Source: Phallusia mammillata (Eukaryota). Taken from it: DNA of 64,000 nt. The stretch spans positions 19,282,001 through 19,346,000 of the forward strand of contig OZ281500.1 of NCBI GenBank assembly GCA_965637545.1, written 5' to 3'. The notes below the pieces were generated by a model. It ran no database searches. It saw only the letters and a program-made list of their open reading frames with translations, and was not told the origin of the DNA. Shown here piece after piece: positions 22,301-35,034 of the stretch. The stretch's first letter is position 1, and each line of letters starts with the position of its first letter. Position numbers and translations under genes: made by a program.

Positions 22301-25300
22301 TCGTAGCAGGAACAGCAGGACCGGTCCTCGACGCCACAGCGTTTAAGTTTGCGGCCTGCATGGCCCCACCCAAACCGGACTGGCCAGGGAGGGCGAAAGG
22401 GGGATTGTTGAAGGGTTTAATGCTGTAAATTAAAGTATAAGTCATTTTTTGAACATGATGGATTGAAAATTTTACAATGTAATCAGACAATGCAAGTGGT
22501 GTAAATTTTTAAGGAACATAAAATGGAAAACAACATTTTGGCAAAAATACCATTTTTTTCAAAAAATTGCAATTTTAGAGATACATTTTATTGACTTGTT
22601 TTGGCAGTTTTTTTTAAAGTTTATATTATACTTTTTCCAAATCTTTTAACGGGTCTCATATTGTACTAGCTAACTGCACAAGAAAAAAATCACTTACTCT
22701 GGGTCAGGTTGTCCCACCAAACCGCTCCACAACTGGAAAAAAACAAAACAAAAAGGTTATATACTTAAAACGGTTACAAACATTTGTTTTCATGGCCACC
22801 TATGCAAAAATAAAGAAATATAACACTTACAAAATAACAGCTAAAACCAGCATACACATCTAAATCAATTATATTTCGATAAGGAATTTCAATCTCGTCT
22901 TATTTAAACAGCTTTAGTCCAGGGTCATAAGTTTATTGGGCTGCTACTTACCGAGGGTTTGGGATAAGTTTGTCTGATTCCCTGATTGATGTCCATGTGA
23001 TTGTTTTGCAGAACACCGGCTGATACGATCTGAGCAGACGACATTGAAGCCATACTTTGTAGCACCTTGTCCTTTGTAGCCTGGTCCTGCGGCAAATACT
23101 ACTGTCCGTTAAAATAATGCTCTTCAACCTAGGTGTAACCCAAACAACAGTCACATGGGTACATTGGTGTTTGTATACGTAGGCGAAATTGGCAGTGCGT
23201 TTATGACACATACTATTGTAAAACAGTTTTGTTCATAAAAAAATTAATTCCTATTTGATTGCAAAGTTTTTTCTGAAGTATAAAAAATTTATTGCAGGAG
23301 ACTTTCTGTCAGCAAAAAAGTTTGGCCCTCAAGCAGATGTACATGTTCATTAACTTTAGGAAGTCATGAATGTGCAGAACAGGGGAAAGGAACCTAAATT
23401 GTGGCTAAAGCTTCAAGGATCATACAATCGTTCAGAGTTTGGTATTGTTAAAAAATAAACCACCAGGTGGGGCTATCGAGTTTTGTCAGTTACAATGGCC
23501 AAAATAAACTAATCGACACATATTATATGTTTCAAAACCCGAAAAAGGTTATCTTGACTTGTGCAATTAAACAAAGCTTGTAGCATTATCTTATACATAA
23601 ACCAGCTGGAAAAATCGTCTACATTAGTCGTACACTCCCATATAAAGCAGACAGAAAAACAACGCATATAAGTAGAGAGCATAGTTTATATGTGGTAAAA
23701 GCTCAATCAACACTGCATAAACTACCCTCCAAAATTTTTACATGAATCCATAGATCAACATGCCCAAAGACATTGTATTGAATACTTGGAATACTTTAGG
23801 TGGAAAGGAATGTGAATTCCTCATTTTAACCACGCGTAGGCGTAAACCAGCCATGATCATTGCTGGTGCAGAGATTAGCGTGGGTTCAAATTGAAAGTTA
23901 GGCTGTGTTTATTGCTTAATTTTGTGCCGTATTTGACGCGTATTGAAACTATGGTTAAGTGTGGTTTCAGTATAGGTTGGGCGTTATGTCCAACGGATTT
24001 TGAACTAGCTTTGAATCTCATCAGCTACGACTAAACTGCATCTTTGGCATAGGTCATTGTGAAAAAAAAAAACAATTTTAAAGTTTAATTTTGGGATTTT
24101 TCTTCCCATTATCTTCGGCAACAGGTTGGTCCAATATTATGGCCTTTTTGAGTCTGCAATTGTGTCTTACAGACAATATTGTTTTTTTTCTTTAGGTGAC
24201 ATACACTCAGGTTTACTATAATAGTCAACTTTATTTAACTGTTTTAACGATGGATCAGTATAAGTAGTTTAGAGACTGAAACGTGTCACAGTTGTGCCAT
24301 TCTGAGTAAACAAAATATTCGTGGGTGGGTTCGCAAGTCCACGAAAACCCGCAGTTTGCAGCTTATCGATTACATCAGCATTGTTTGTAGTGTACTTGTC
24401 TTTTGGTTCCTCTTTCAGTCAAATGTACGCGGACGCTTGGGTCAAATGTACCGCAAAGCCTTGTATGTATGTGTCTCTGGGCGTGACAAAAATCAACGAA
24501 ACCCACATTGGCCTAGCCATGCTTTACCGACTTTGAATCACAACAAGGCCACCCAACGCCATATAGCCCACCTAGGTAAAATTTCCTACATATGACAGAG
24601 TAGTGAGTAGGCCAAAATTGGGACTCTAACCTGGTCTGACCCATTTTTTAAGCACGACACCTAGCAAAATTACAACACAAAGTGGCCAGGTGCAATCAAT
24701 ACGAAATTAAATTCGTTTTTTTTGCAAACTTTAGCCAGATCCGTCTTCGGTTGCCCTTTTTAATTGAAATTTCTAATCAGCGGGAAGAAACTCATGCGGC
24801 TGTAAATCTGCAGTCATAACCTTTTTCAAAGTTGATTTAACAAAGACATGTTTTCGGGTATTAAACAGAAATAAGGAAAGCGCTATTTGTAGTAAACAGC
24901 CATTGCGTCACATTCGGAGGCAGAAACAAACAAAAAAGGCTTTCCGGACAAAAATAGAGCCTTGCGAAAATTTTCAATTTTCTGTGGGAAAACCCGCGCG
25001 CTCGTTACGCTTCAGCGCTTTCGAAAGGCATCATGTGACCTTTACGCAGCGACCCGTGAAACCTTAAGCGCGAGATGAGCAACAGACAACAATTTCACCA
25101 AGTTCAAGATTACATAACGCCAAACTTGAAGATTTTAGTGCAATACATGACTGGTGGTTTTTGAAAGAGGGATTGTTTTATAATGGTTGATCAGTTGTGG
25201 CTGACTTTGGTAGAGTTTGAGCGGTCATAATACTCCAATGCAACAAACCTTAAATTGAGATTGCATTTCTCTTGATTTCCTTCTGGCTAGAACCTGAATA

Positions 25301-28300
25301 TGGCTGGAGACCTGAGGAAAAATTGTGTTCATTAATTTCATGCCATAGAAATATCACAATGAATTCTATGAAATATTTTGACAATTTTAACTTAGGAACT
25401 TATAAGTACCTGTTTTCTTGTCCTGGTCTTTCCAGTTCGAAGTTTGATGTATCTTGCAATAAGTTCATTTCGCCCTGAGAAACAATAAGGTTTTATTAAC
25501 ATCTGCATGGTTAGAAACAAAAGTTCAGTTGTTCAATTATAATTTGCCTTGAAATTATTGATTGCTACTTAGTCACTGGAAATTTCTACTGATATGGATA
25601 TTATGCAAATCATCCGCAAGTTATATTTGCATACAATGTCTCAAAACTATAATTCAGCGGAAAAATAAAAAACCTAAAGCAGAATTCAAAACCATACAAA
25701 GTAAGGAACATTTTATTGCTCAAGTTTTAGGATGATTGTGATTTTTAAGTGTTGTTTGTTGATAAGTTGATACTTGTATCACTTTAGTATTGGGCATAAG
25801 TGGTCAAGTATCAGTCATATTAAGTTGTAACAAGGTTTCAAGTGTCATTAAAAAGCTTAGACACCTATTCAAATTCATACAAATAATCCAATGAAAAACT
25901 GAATGGCTAACAATAGCCCAACTTACATTAAACATCATTTGTTAAACAGAATATTCCAAATGCAGATTTGCATCACATTTTTAAATTTTTAATTCTAAGC
26001 TTTTTAGTGATCAAGGGTAATTGTGCAATAATAAATATTTAAAGGTGAACCACACTTGCACCACAAAACACACAACAGCATAAATAAACAAACACCACAC
26101 TTAAAAGGTGTGTGCTCACATTAATTATTAACAAGACTTGGGTGGATTAGGTGACAGATGAGGTGTTGTAACTTGTAATTAAGTGTATCAATGTTTTAAA
26201 TGGTAGAGATTGGAAATGTGCCAGTTAAACAGCTTATTGAGAGATCATCCTGTCAAACCAATTAGACAGCAGAATACATACAGAGATCCCATCAGCTCAC
26301 AAATTTTAAACTATCAACATCCATTCAACTATAAGAAACTAAATACAGAAGCATACAAAAATGCAAGTAGACAACATAATTTTGATCTTTTTGTACTGTA
26401 TTTACAGTTCTCTCCAAAATGAATCTATTTAGCAAATACAAAATTGGTAGTGGAAAATGTAATTAGAACCAAAGTTGTTATTTTACTTTGCTGAATAGAT
26501 AACATTGTCTTTTGGAACTACTCTGTTTCATAAAAACAACCAAAGCGGAAGCCACTTGAAAAGCATGACACTTGTCATATGACATCAGCAAACCAAGATA
26601 AAAAGTACAAAGATAAGTATTATCACTTTGTGATGAATGGTTCATGTCAGTGGTCACACTTCAGACAGAAAACTTATGACATAATCTATTGTAACCAAGC
26701 CAAAACACCACCCTGCACAAACATAACAGCACAGCAGGTTTAAAGCCTAACAGTATAGCAATTGCATATAAAAGCCTAACAACATGGCAATTGTATATGT
26801 ATGCCTGGCACAAGATGTTTTTGCCTATTGTTCTCAGATACTAAACCAATTTGGTGTCAAACACTAGATGGGAGCCAAGAGCAATATGAAAGCCACTAAC
26901 GCCGTCTCTGTATTTGTTTTTAAACAATTTTCCACAACAAATAATATGTTGCAAATGTACATTAAATCTGAACCCAACCGGTCCGTAACATTCATTACTA
27001 GTCGGTATGGGACGACAATTGTGCAAGGACGGCTCCCATTAGCAGTAGGTAGCAAAGTAGGTTCGTGTATTTGCTTTGACGGCTGAACGGAGAAACACAT
27101 TAACCCAAGCAAAATCATCGCTCGAGCGTCAAGAGGGCGGCAGGTGACGAAGAAACGTGATACAAACCTGCTTTAACGATGCTGCAAAGCCCCAGCAATG
27201 GATAAGTGTTAAAAGCAACGGTAGGACGGATTGACTTAACTCGTGTTGTCGCGATAAACGGGTAATGGGTACAAGCAACGGTGGTATGGCACTTTATGCA
27301 TGTGACAGGGAGAGGGACGTTAAATTGCCGAAATCAAAACACAGGAAAAAATCGCAAACTGGTGTACATTTAGGTGCTTAGCATCATTTTTGCATGCATT
27401 CTTAAGGGTGTAACCTCGCTTCCTTGCAAAAACGGAAACTGAAATAAATTTGCAATGCACCAACGAACAATGTGCGATACTCCTGGGTCATGTATTGAGG
27501 TCCTGTCGGTTTATAATTTTCACAATTTGGGGGCCTACGAGTGAAACCTTTGATCAATTGGGGTCCGACTTTGGAAGAATCAACTATAGATAACTAATAA
27601 CCACCTTTGTAAATTTGATAGAGTTTCAAGCACTCTTTATTCGCCAAACTGGTGAAGCAAACCCTTGTCAGATGTAGAAAAAAGAAAAGTATGGATCAAA
27701 AACAATACCAATGGATACAAAACACAGGCAGTCCAAACTTTATTTTATCTATTTTCCCAACTATAGCAGCATTGTCGCGACTTTCGCCAGCACAACCGAT
27801 ACAACGATACGCTTGGTTCGAAAAAATCTGTCACCGTCTTTTCACACCCAAAAAGAGGCCCTTGGAAATAATGGTTTCAGCTCACGACGGGAAATGAAAA
27901 CAAACCCCAGTCTCTGAAGAGGTTCGCGCACATTAGCAGGGTTATGGGGGCAGGTGGGGCGCTGACCCCGAAAATCGCGACTCTTCCCGATGAAATTTGG
28001 ACTACAATAAAAAGTGGATAAGGAGGGGCTGCTTTTCATGCTAAATTGGCCTTGTCCCGTTTGGAAAGCAAAAAGCTGTTTGGAAAGTGATTTTACTGAT
28101 GAAAGCAACGGCTCGTTTTAAAAACCTTTACGTGGTAATTGATTGTTACAAAGTGTTTGTTTTTTTACTTTGGAAAAGATATCATTAACGTTAGCACATT
28201 TATCCAACAAAAATGGATTTTTGAGTGCATTTTGCGGTACATAAAGACATGTTGCACACATGTACGATGGTGCAACAATTGAATCAGTCGTCAGACATGC

Positions 28301-31300
28301 TTAGAACAAGCAGATATAATGAAAAACTCAACGCCAAGCAAAATCTTTGTACTTTTACAAGGGCACGTTGACATTTCGGACGACTCAAGCTCTTCCAGAA
28401 ATTCACATCTGCACGCATAAATCCTTCACGTGATGATAGACAAAGAGCGGTAAAGAGTTAACCTTAACGTTCAGTGAGCGGGCAGCAGCGTCTCCGGCGT
28501 TTATTGCGACACAAAAGGTCATTATGGCGTTGCATCACAACGGGTGTGTCGTTATCGTTTGCAGGTGTTCACTGCGGGAGGCGTAAGTCCGAAGTCAGCA
28601 GAACGGCCAAGTTCAACGTAACGACCGCCGCGGGATTCAAATGAATTGAGAATAGCGATTCAATTGTTGTGGTGCAATGAAGCTTCACCGAATAAAGGGA
28701 GTTTGGACAGGATGATCTGTGCCTGGGCACTCCGGAAAGGAAGTGTTGTCACAAAATATAGAAACACTGTTGCGTTTTGGGAACATTCGCTGAAGAGGTG
28801 TTTTGGGCGTTAAGTAGGGTCACTAAACCTACAGATCGTCATGTCGTTTCAAATCATTGTTTGAGAGCAGGGGTAAATTATATGTCAACAAATAAAAATA
28901 TTGCATACTTTGTTGGTATACCGGAGTGTCAATAAAATACAGCCTTTCACAGGATTAGGAATTTTAAAAATCGGGGCTAATTTTTAAAAAAATTTTGGGG
29001 CAGATTGCTTCCTTAAAAACTGCTTAAGAAAAGTCTTTGTTTCAGGAATGTAGAGCAATAACATTTACCAAATTTGCACGTTTTCAGAAAATCTGTACAT
29101 ATCCTTGATAATACACGGCCTTTTAAGAAAAATTTTGTCCGCTCCTGGGAGTAACATTTGTAGAATTAGAAATGGCAAACGAGGGCAATATTAAGTTCAC
29201 AGAGCATATAGGAGTGGCGTTCACAATTCGGAAGATATTAGAGGCCTTGGCCGCGTCTCAAACTTCGATCCCCCGTGGTGTATAATTGCCCGTCGACAAG
29301 CAAGATTAGCGCGTAAAGCGACGGGCAACCAGCCAGCACCGAGCGTATCAGCTCAGCTTGCGAGGGAAAAAAGGCTTGTTACAAAGGGAAAGGGAGGTGC
29401 GGTAGTGGCGAGCAGTTCGTGGCCCGGCGGAGCGGAAACCAATCTTGGGTCACGGTGCACTGAAGCACACTGCCGACAGATCGTCGGTGGGATGCGAAAG
29501 TATCGACACACTCGAGAGCTTCGTTAGGTTTCGCTGTTGATGAGCTTATGGGTGCCCGGTTATGCTTGGTGGGTGCAAAACGGGGAATTGCAAAGCTAGG
29601 GTATTTTGGGAGATATAACAGAATGTATTTTGGCACAAAATATAGGGGCTGCATTAAATAGCCCTGTTGCAAAATACAGTCTTAACAGCGGCCCCCAAGG
29701 CGTAGAAATTTGAGCTGCTGAACACCAAGTGATACAAAAGTCTAAAAAAATCTATAGAAGATTACCCCCTTTACGATTTCCAAGTCCTACTAAACACCAC
29801 TGTTGAAAAATGCAGTTTTAGACAGCGATCCCCAAGAGTCCAAGACGTGGAAATATTAGCTGCTCTTTCAAAATTTTAGAAAGATTTTCCCCTTTACGAT
29901 TTCCAAGTACTACAAAATGACGAAATGCTATAAAAATAGTTCGGTTTGTTTCGGTAAAAAAAACGTGACCGTGCAACAACCGTGGGAGTCCTTTTATCCA
30001 GAGGCGAGGAAATTTGACAACATACAAACGCTGGGCAAACAAGGTGCTTCTTGTAACATGATGCCACAAACAAACACGAAATTCGACACAATAACCGAAC
30101 ATGTTATGTTATCATGTTTCGAAAACTATATTAAACTTTAAAAAGCCTTTCGAATGAGAATCTTTGAATCCAATATATGTACCTACACAAGAAATTCGTG
30201 GTATCAAGAAAAACATTGGGACCCCGTCAGATGTATGCAGACAAAAAAGGCATTTGCACTTACTGTCAGAATCTGCACTATAATTGCATTTGTAGCTTTT
30301 TTGTACAATAAACCGTCCAGGTTTCAACGTAATAATTTGCACATAATAAAATGTCGGCATTATTTGTACGAAATTTTCTCAAAGGTAAAACAAAAACTGT
30401 GTAACTTACCATACATCTTTCCTTCGTCGGAGAGGATAATCTTCCGTCGGCCGCATGGAGGATAAATTGCGAGAGCCTCGTGAAAGCTCTGCTCAATATC
30501 GGGGCTCCAAACTCCTTCCGCCTCGTTGTCACCAACCTCTCCCTTCTGCCCGCTGCAATAAACACAAGCGAATTGAAAACCGACTCAAAATAATTGCACG
30601 AACTTGGATTGTGAAAGACAAGCGATGATAAGTTTACAGGACCACCGTTATGTGTTGTACAGCCCGTCGTGCTTTGACTGTGGCCCACCAGCTGGGAATC
30701 TGATTGGGAGGTGATGTGATGTACTTTGTTATTGCTACATAAGCAAACAATACGAGGTTTGCTTGTGGACTGACTTGTGTTGCAAACAAGTGCGTTAAGC
30801 TAGTTTGATTTTATAAGGTGGCTGTTTTTACGAGGTGCCGCTAAATGTCCTATGAAACGACTTTAGAACGTAGGAAAATAAATGCAAAACATCTTTTTTA
30901 TAGTTTGCACTAAATTAAATTTAGTTAGGGAATCCAAAAACATAACACGTTGTTGTATAAAGAGATTCTTCTAAATTGTTTTCTTTACATCAAACTCTAG
31001 CTACTTTGGTTAGAAGCAATACGTTTATGTAAAGCAATAAAATAAACGTTTCTTTTTAATTCTAACACCATGTTCCCTATGGTGACGAAATTAACGACGT
31101 TTTGCAAACTAACCTATCAACACAAAATCTCGCACGATTTGCAATGCTGTGGAGATTAGATCTTACATAAACGGGAGCGTATCGAATCGTCACCAAACAG
31201 GCTTGGAGCCGAAGTAAACGGTTATATAACACTCCCTCGGTTGTCTGTGTTTTTGTGGTTGTCGCGAGGCAATGGTTTGTATAAATCAGGGGTTCCCAAC

Positions 31301-34300
31301 CGGTGGTACGCGAAGGTTTTTCAAGTGGTACGCGAGTAGCTTCCGTTTTTTCACAAAAACCTGGATTCACAACTTTATATTTTGTTTATCTGGTTTTGTT
31401 TACAATTTTTTTCCTGATCCCTATTGTTACTGTTACGTAACTATTCCTGTTGTTTCGTATCATTACGATCTTCAAAATACAGGTCATGTCAATTTTTAAC
31501 AAGAAGCACAGTTGCTTTGAAAAGCCGTGCAACGCTGTGGGACAGTGGGCGTTAATTTTGTCAAATGATTGCTCTTGATAGATACTGTTTTATAGCTTAA
31601 GCTACAAATAGCGTTTGATTCGATCAAATTAGTTGTTCTGCAGGAAGTGGTACGCGTGGCAGTACAGAGCGTCCAAGTGGTACGAGATCGTAAAAAGGTT
31701 GGGAACCCCCGGTATAAATGATGTACCGAACCTGCCTCAAAAGGTTTCGGGCCGAGAGGCCAAATTTGCCTATTTTCGGCCAAAACGTTTTTTAAAAAGA
31801 CTATTTTCGGTCGAAACGTTCAGGCCAGGGGTGCACAATGTGCGGCCACAGAGACGACTTTATGCGGTCGTGAACATGTATATTAAAATATATGTACTGG
31901 CGGCCGTGACGTAGATAAAACTTTCTACTAAATAGATTTCAAAACTGCTGTAAATAGATTTTGTGGGGTGGAAAGAGCCATATCCGTCAGACTTTTGTAC
32001 GTCCATTGTGTACAAACAATGCGAAAAAAACAGGCACCACTAGCGTCACAATATTGATGATGACGTCATAAACACTTACGACTGATCCTCAAAACATTCA
32101 GTTCATTCTGTGCACCAACTTAAAAATTAATATAAACGCTTCAGTAGCTATTAGATTAGATGGTATATATGTATTATTTAAGCCTATTTTTTACATACAC
32201 TTAGCGGTCATGGTGAAATAAGGATCTGTGGCGCGGCCGTCATAGCGAAAAGGTTGTGCACATCTGGTTTAGGCCAACCGAAACTTCGTCCCATTACTAG
32301 TTTACATCATGTTTAAAGCAAGTAAAAAGCCTTATCTTTACACGGTGTATGAGAAAAGAAACCGTCTACTCTTAAACGGCATTCTATAATGGCTTGTTGT
32401 TGGAAATCCCTAATCCCGCAAAAAGATGTTGTTTCGACATGATTACATATATCGCATACCCGCAATATTGTGGGCCCAGAAAGTTGAAGTGGGGCTTTGG
32501 TTCTTCAGCGGTTGGACTTGGAGTCTGACAGAAAGATCCCGACGAACCGGGACTCGTAATAAAATCCCTCATCTCTCTTGCAGCAAGTTTAATTTTCAAT
32601 TCATAAACGATTTCAACACAACTACAAATTTCTCCTGAGTAAAATAGTAACCGGTGAAATTTTGTAGCCTTAAACCTGTTTTGCCTGCTTAATGAGTCGG
32701 ACAGATTAAAATATCACAACCAACAAAACTGACACTTGCAGTTTTACAACGAAAACAATATCTCTCACTTTAAAACGTAACGATTATTCGGCATCTGCTT
32801 ATGTGGAACCGTTTTAGTTCGAACTCTCTGCTGCAAGTAAGCTTAAATCTAGTCTGAGGGCAGACGCGCCCTTGGCCTTTTAATAAAATCTGTCTGGTGG
32901 AAGCGATTTCCAAAATCGGCTCGTCCCTAGGGAGGGCACATTGTCCCAAAACGTCGTTTCACTGCTACGCCGTAAGCCTATAACGCTAGCTTATTCTCTA
33001 AGACCGCAACAAGCCTATTAACAAACATATCAATGGTAGGGATTGCGCCCAACAAACATCAACAACACGACTGGAAACAAAGGGTTAAAGAATGATCACA
33101 ATTTGCGGCTAACGTTAATCGGGTTTTAATGGTAACAACATCATCCACAAATAGAAGTAACGCGTTGGGCGAGTTGGTGTAATACGGACACTTGATACTA
33201 GGTGGAGATTACACAAAGGATATAAGGTAGCGCGTCGTTTAGCCATTTTGCGGCTGCAGAACACGGGGCTAAACAAGTGGATCGCGAGTCCAGCTATCGA
33301 GGAGCTCAGGTTACGTTTGGTTGCTCGTAGGGATCCAATTATAATGGTCATGTAATTAGGTTACGGTTTGAGGCAGTTTATATGATTTGACGCTCAGATT
33401 TTCCGCGCTATCCAAACAGCGGAACAGAATACTGCCAAGGGAACCGCGAAACTAAAACCTTCCGCTTGTGGTCTCCGCGAGGATACCATTTTTTTTGTCC
33501 TGTAGATGGTAAATACCAAACAACAGAGTTTTGGAGTCTGATTGACGTAATGGTTTAAAATTTTCCACACCACTTTCAAACAAAAACAAAGCATTTACGT
33601 CACCCTTGCGCATTTCGTGGCCGTTTTTTGACTAAATTGGCCAAACAAAAATATTGTTAATTTATAAGTTCACAACATTGCTAATGGCCTGTTATCATTT
33701 GTTTTGTCCTGTGAATGGTAATTACTAAACGACAAGGTTGCGAAGTCAGTTTATATTATAAACTTAATAACTTTTCGAATTGACTTTACTCAATGTGTTG
33801 CCAATTTGTTCAAAGTAAATTGGCTAAAAGTAAGAGTCGCCAAAATTTCAACGACTCCGACTCAACAATGATAGAATCTAGGATCTAACTCCCAGTACTG
33901 CTCGACAATGCACAATAATTTTACTTTTCTAAATTTGTAAGGACATATGGCGCTTACTAAGTGTTATTCATATTCGTATCGTATTTTGCCAGCAAAAAAG
34001 GCCCTGAAGTATTGTGTTCTTACTGCACCTCAAAACTTATTAAACAAAAGCTTTGTTGAAACTGACTACCGTGTCATGACAACACAATCTTGCTTCTTTC
34101 TCACAACGTCAATAACAAAGCAAGCGTTCTCCCTCACAGTGTAACATAACCTTACTGTCACTACACAATCTGCCGCTGTCCTGAAAAGAGAAGGGCTCCA
34201 TATGCGCTATGAAAATCTCGTTCGCTCAAATATATCGCAATACTCTCTCGTCACAAAACCGCACAAATCTGACACATTAAGTTCCTGAGTGAAAGGTTGC

Positions 34301-35034
34301 CGCCCTTCGCAAGGCGGTCGGTCCAAAGTGGCCGAAAAGGTAATTGTCAGGGCCGGACGCGGCAATTATGCGAGGTATTACAAGCATAGATGATTAGGAA
34401 AAGATGAGTCAGTTACCTTGCTCGTATTAATGGGTTTTCGACAGGTAAGGAATGCCCGCGGGCCTGTTCTTAAAAACTATGTATCCTATGTATGTTTTGT
34501 GAACAATTTGCTCCCTGATAAACGCACGAACAAAAATGCCCATTATCGATAATTATTCAATCAACCACTTTTAAGTATTTTTAAACACCTAACGACAAAC
34601 TGAAATTAGATTCATTCATCTTAGGTGTCTAGTTTGACAAATGCAATCTGTTTTGCATAGTTTTTGGTACCATTTTGCGCAACAAACATTTTTTTTCAAT
34701 TTTGCAAAATTTACATTTAAGCTTGACAAACCTATGACAGCAAACCTTGGTTAAACCGGATTCGGTTGATCCGGATCTTCGGCTAATTCGGACAAAACTC
34801 CCGAGGTACAAATGATTTTTAATGTCGTAAGGCTAATCAACATCGGTTAATCTGGATCTTCGCGTAATTCGGACAATTTTGGTCCAAACGGGTCCAGGTT
34901 AACCGAAGTTGGTGTATTTGTCTTTTATACACGAAAAAAATGCAACAAACGAAAAGAAAAGCCACAAAAAAGCCTTACTTTGGGTCTTCGGCACTGGGTG
35001 ATGGGCCATCAGAGTTGGAGCCCGGCCCCCCCAT
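19316..35034 (-). CDS. TEAD: TEA-domain transcription factor TEAD/TEF-1/scalloped, 441 aa from first in-frame AUG
   Basis: complement(join(19316..19429,19915..20067,20475..20615,21361..21534,21881..21999,22295..22422,22699..22733,22952..23086,25249..25311,25410..25474,30410..30552,34979..35034)); 1326 nt in phase. TEA domain [74 protein letters not shown]-binding domain with [21 protein letters not shown] and the palmitoylation-site cysteine in RSPMCEYM. Confidence 0.96.
20711..20925. mobile_element. hAT-type (Buster/Charlie-like) MITE in TEAD intron
   Basis: TIRs CAGTGGTTCTCAAACT / AGTTTGAGAACTACTG; perfect 8-bp TSD CTGTAAAG; internal GCGACGC repeats. Confidence 0.9.
22030..22231. mobile_element. 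Probable MITE of a family with GAGTTGTAA-like ends and CCCGA subterminal motifs
   Basis: Ends in CGACTTACAACTCTG. Related degenerate segments near 14190, 15040 and 45370 share GTTGTAA/ATTGTAA plus (A)CCCGA runs. Boundaries are approximate. Confidence 0.35.
31287..31711. mobile_element. hAT-type MITE in TEAD intron
   Basis: TIRs CAGGGGTTCCCAACC / GGTTGGGAACCCCCG; perfect TSD GTATAAAT; repeated GTGGTACGCG. Confidence 0.9.
31826..32266. mobile_element. hAT-type MITE nested in a TAGTGATG-family element (about 31720-32300)
   Basis: TIRs CAGGGGTGCACAA / TTGTGCACATCTG; TSD GTTCAGGC / GTTTAGGC (7/8). Flanks match the 7242-7933 family (GAACCTGCCTCAAAAGGTT..GGGCCGA; AACCGAAACTTCG). Confidence 0.75.
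32460..32576 (-). CDS. TEAD: Alternative TEAD N-terminal exon (own ATG at 32572, or phase 2-2 cassette)
   Basis: [38 protein letters not shown] ends at GG|gtatgc (phase 2), in frame with the TEA exon at 30552. The upstream acceptor ctgcaag|A is also phase 2. Confidence 0.6.
34738..34914. mobile_element. pogo/Tigger-like MITE
   Basis: Imperfect TIRs CAGCAAACCTTGGTTAAACCGGA / TCCAGGTTAACCGAAGTTGGTG followed by TA; internal duplicated GGATCTTCG..TAATTCGGACAA. Confidence 0.6.

Noticed and set aside
24525-24571. Possible TEAD cassette exon (VGYMALGG...) where vertebrates have a microexon
   Set aside because: The acceptor is plausible but no phase-0 GT donor precedes the stop.
28359-28408. Exon-like segment with good splice sites in the TEA-splitting intron
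   Set aside because: 50 nt would frameshift and interrupt the TEA domain, and it shows no homology. At most a poison exon.
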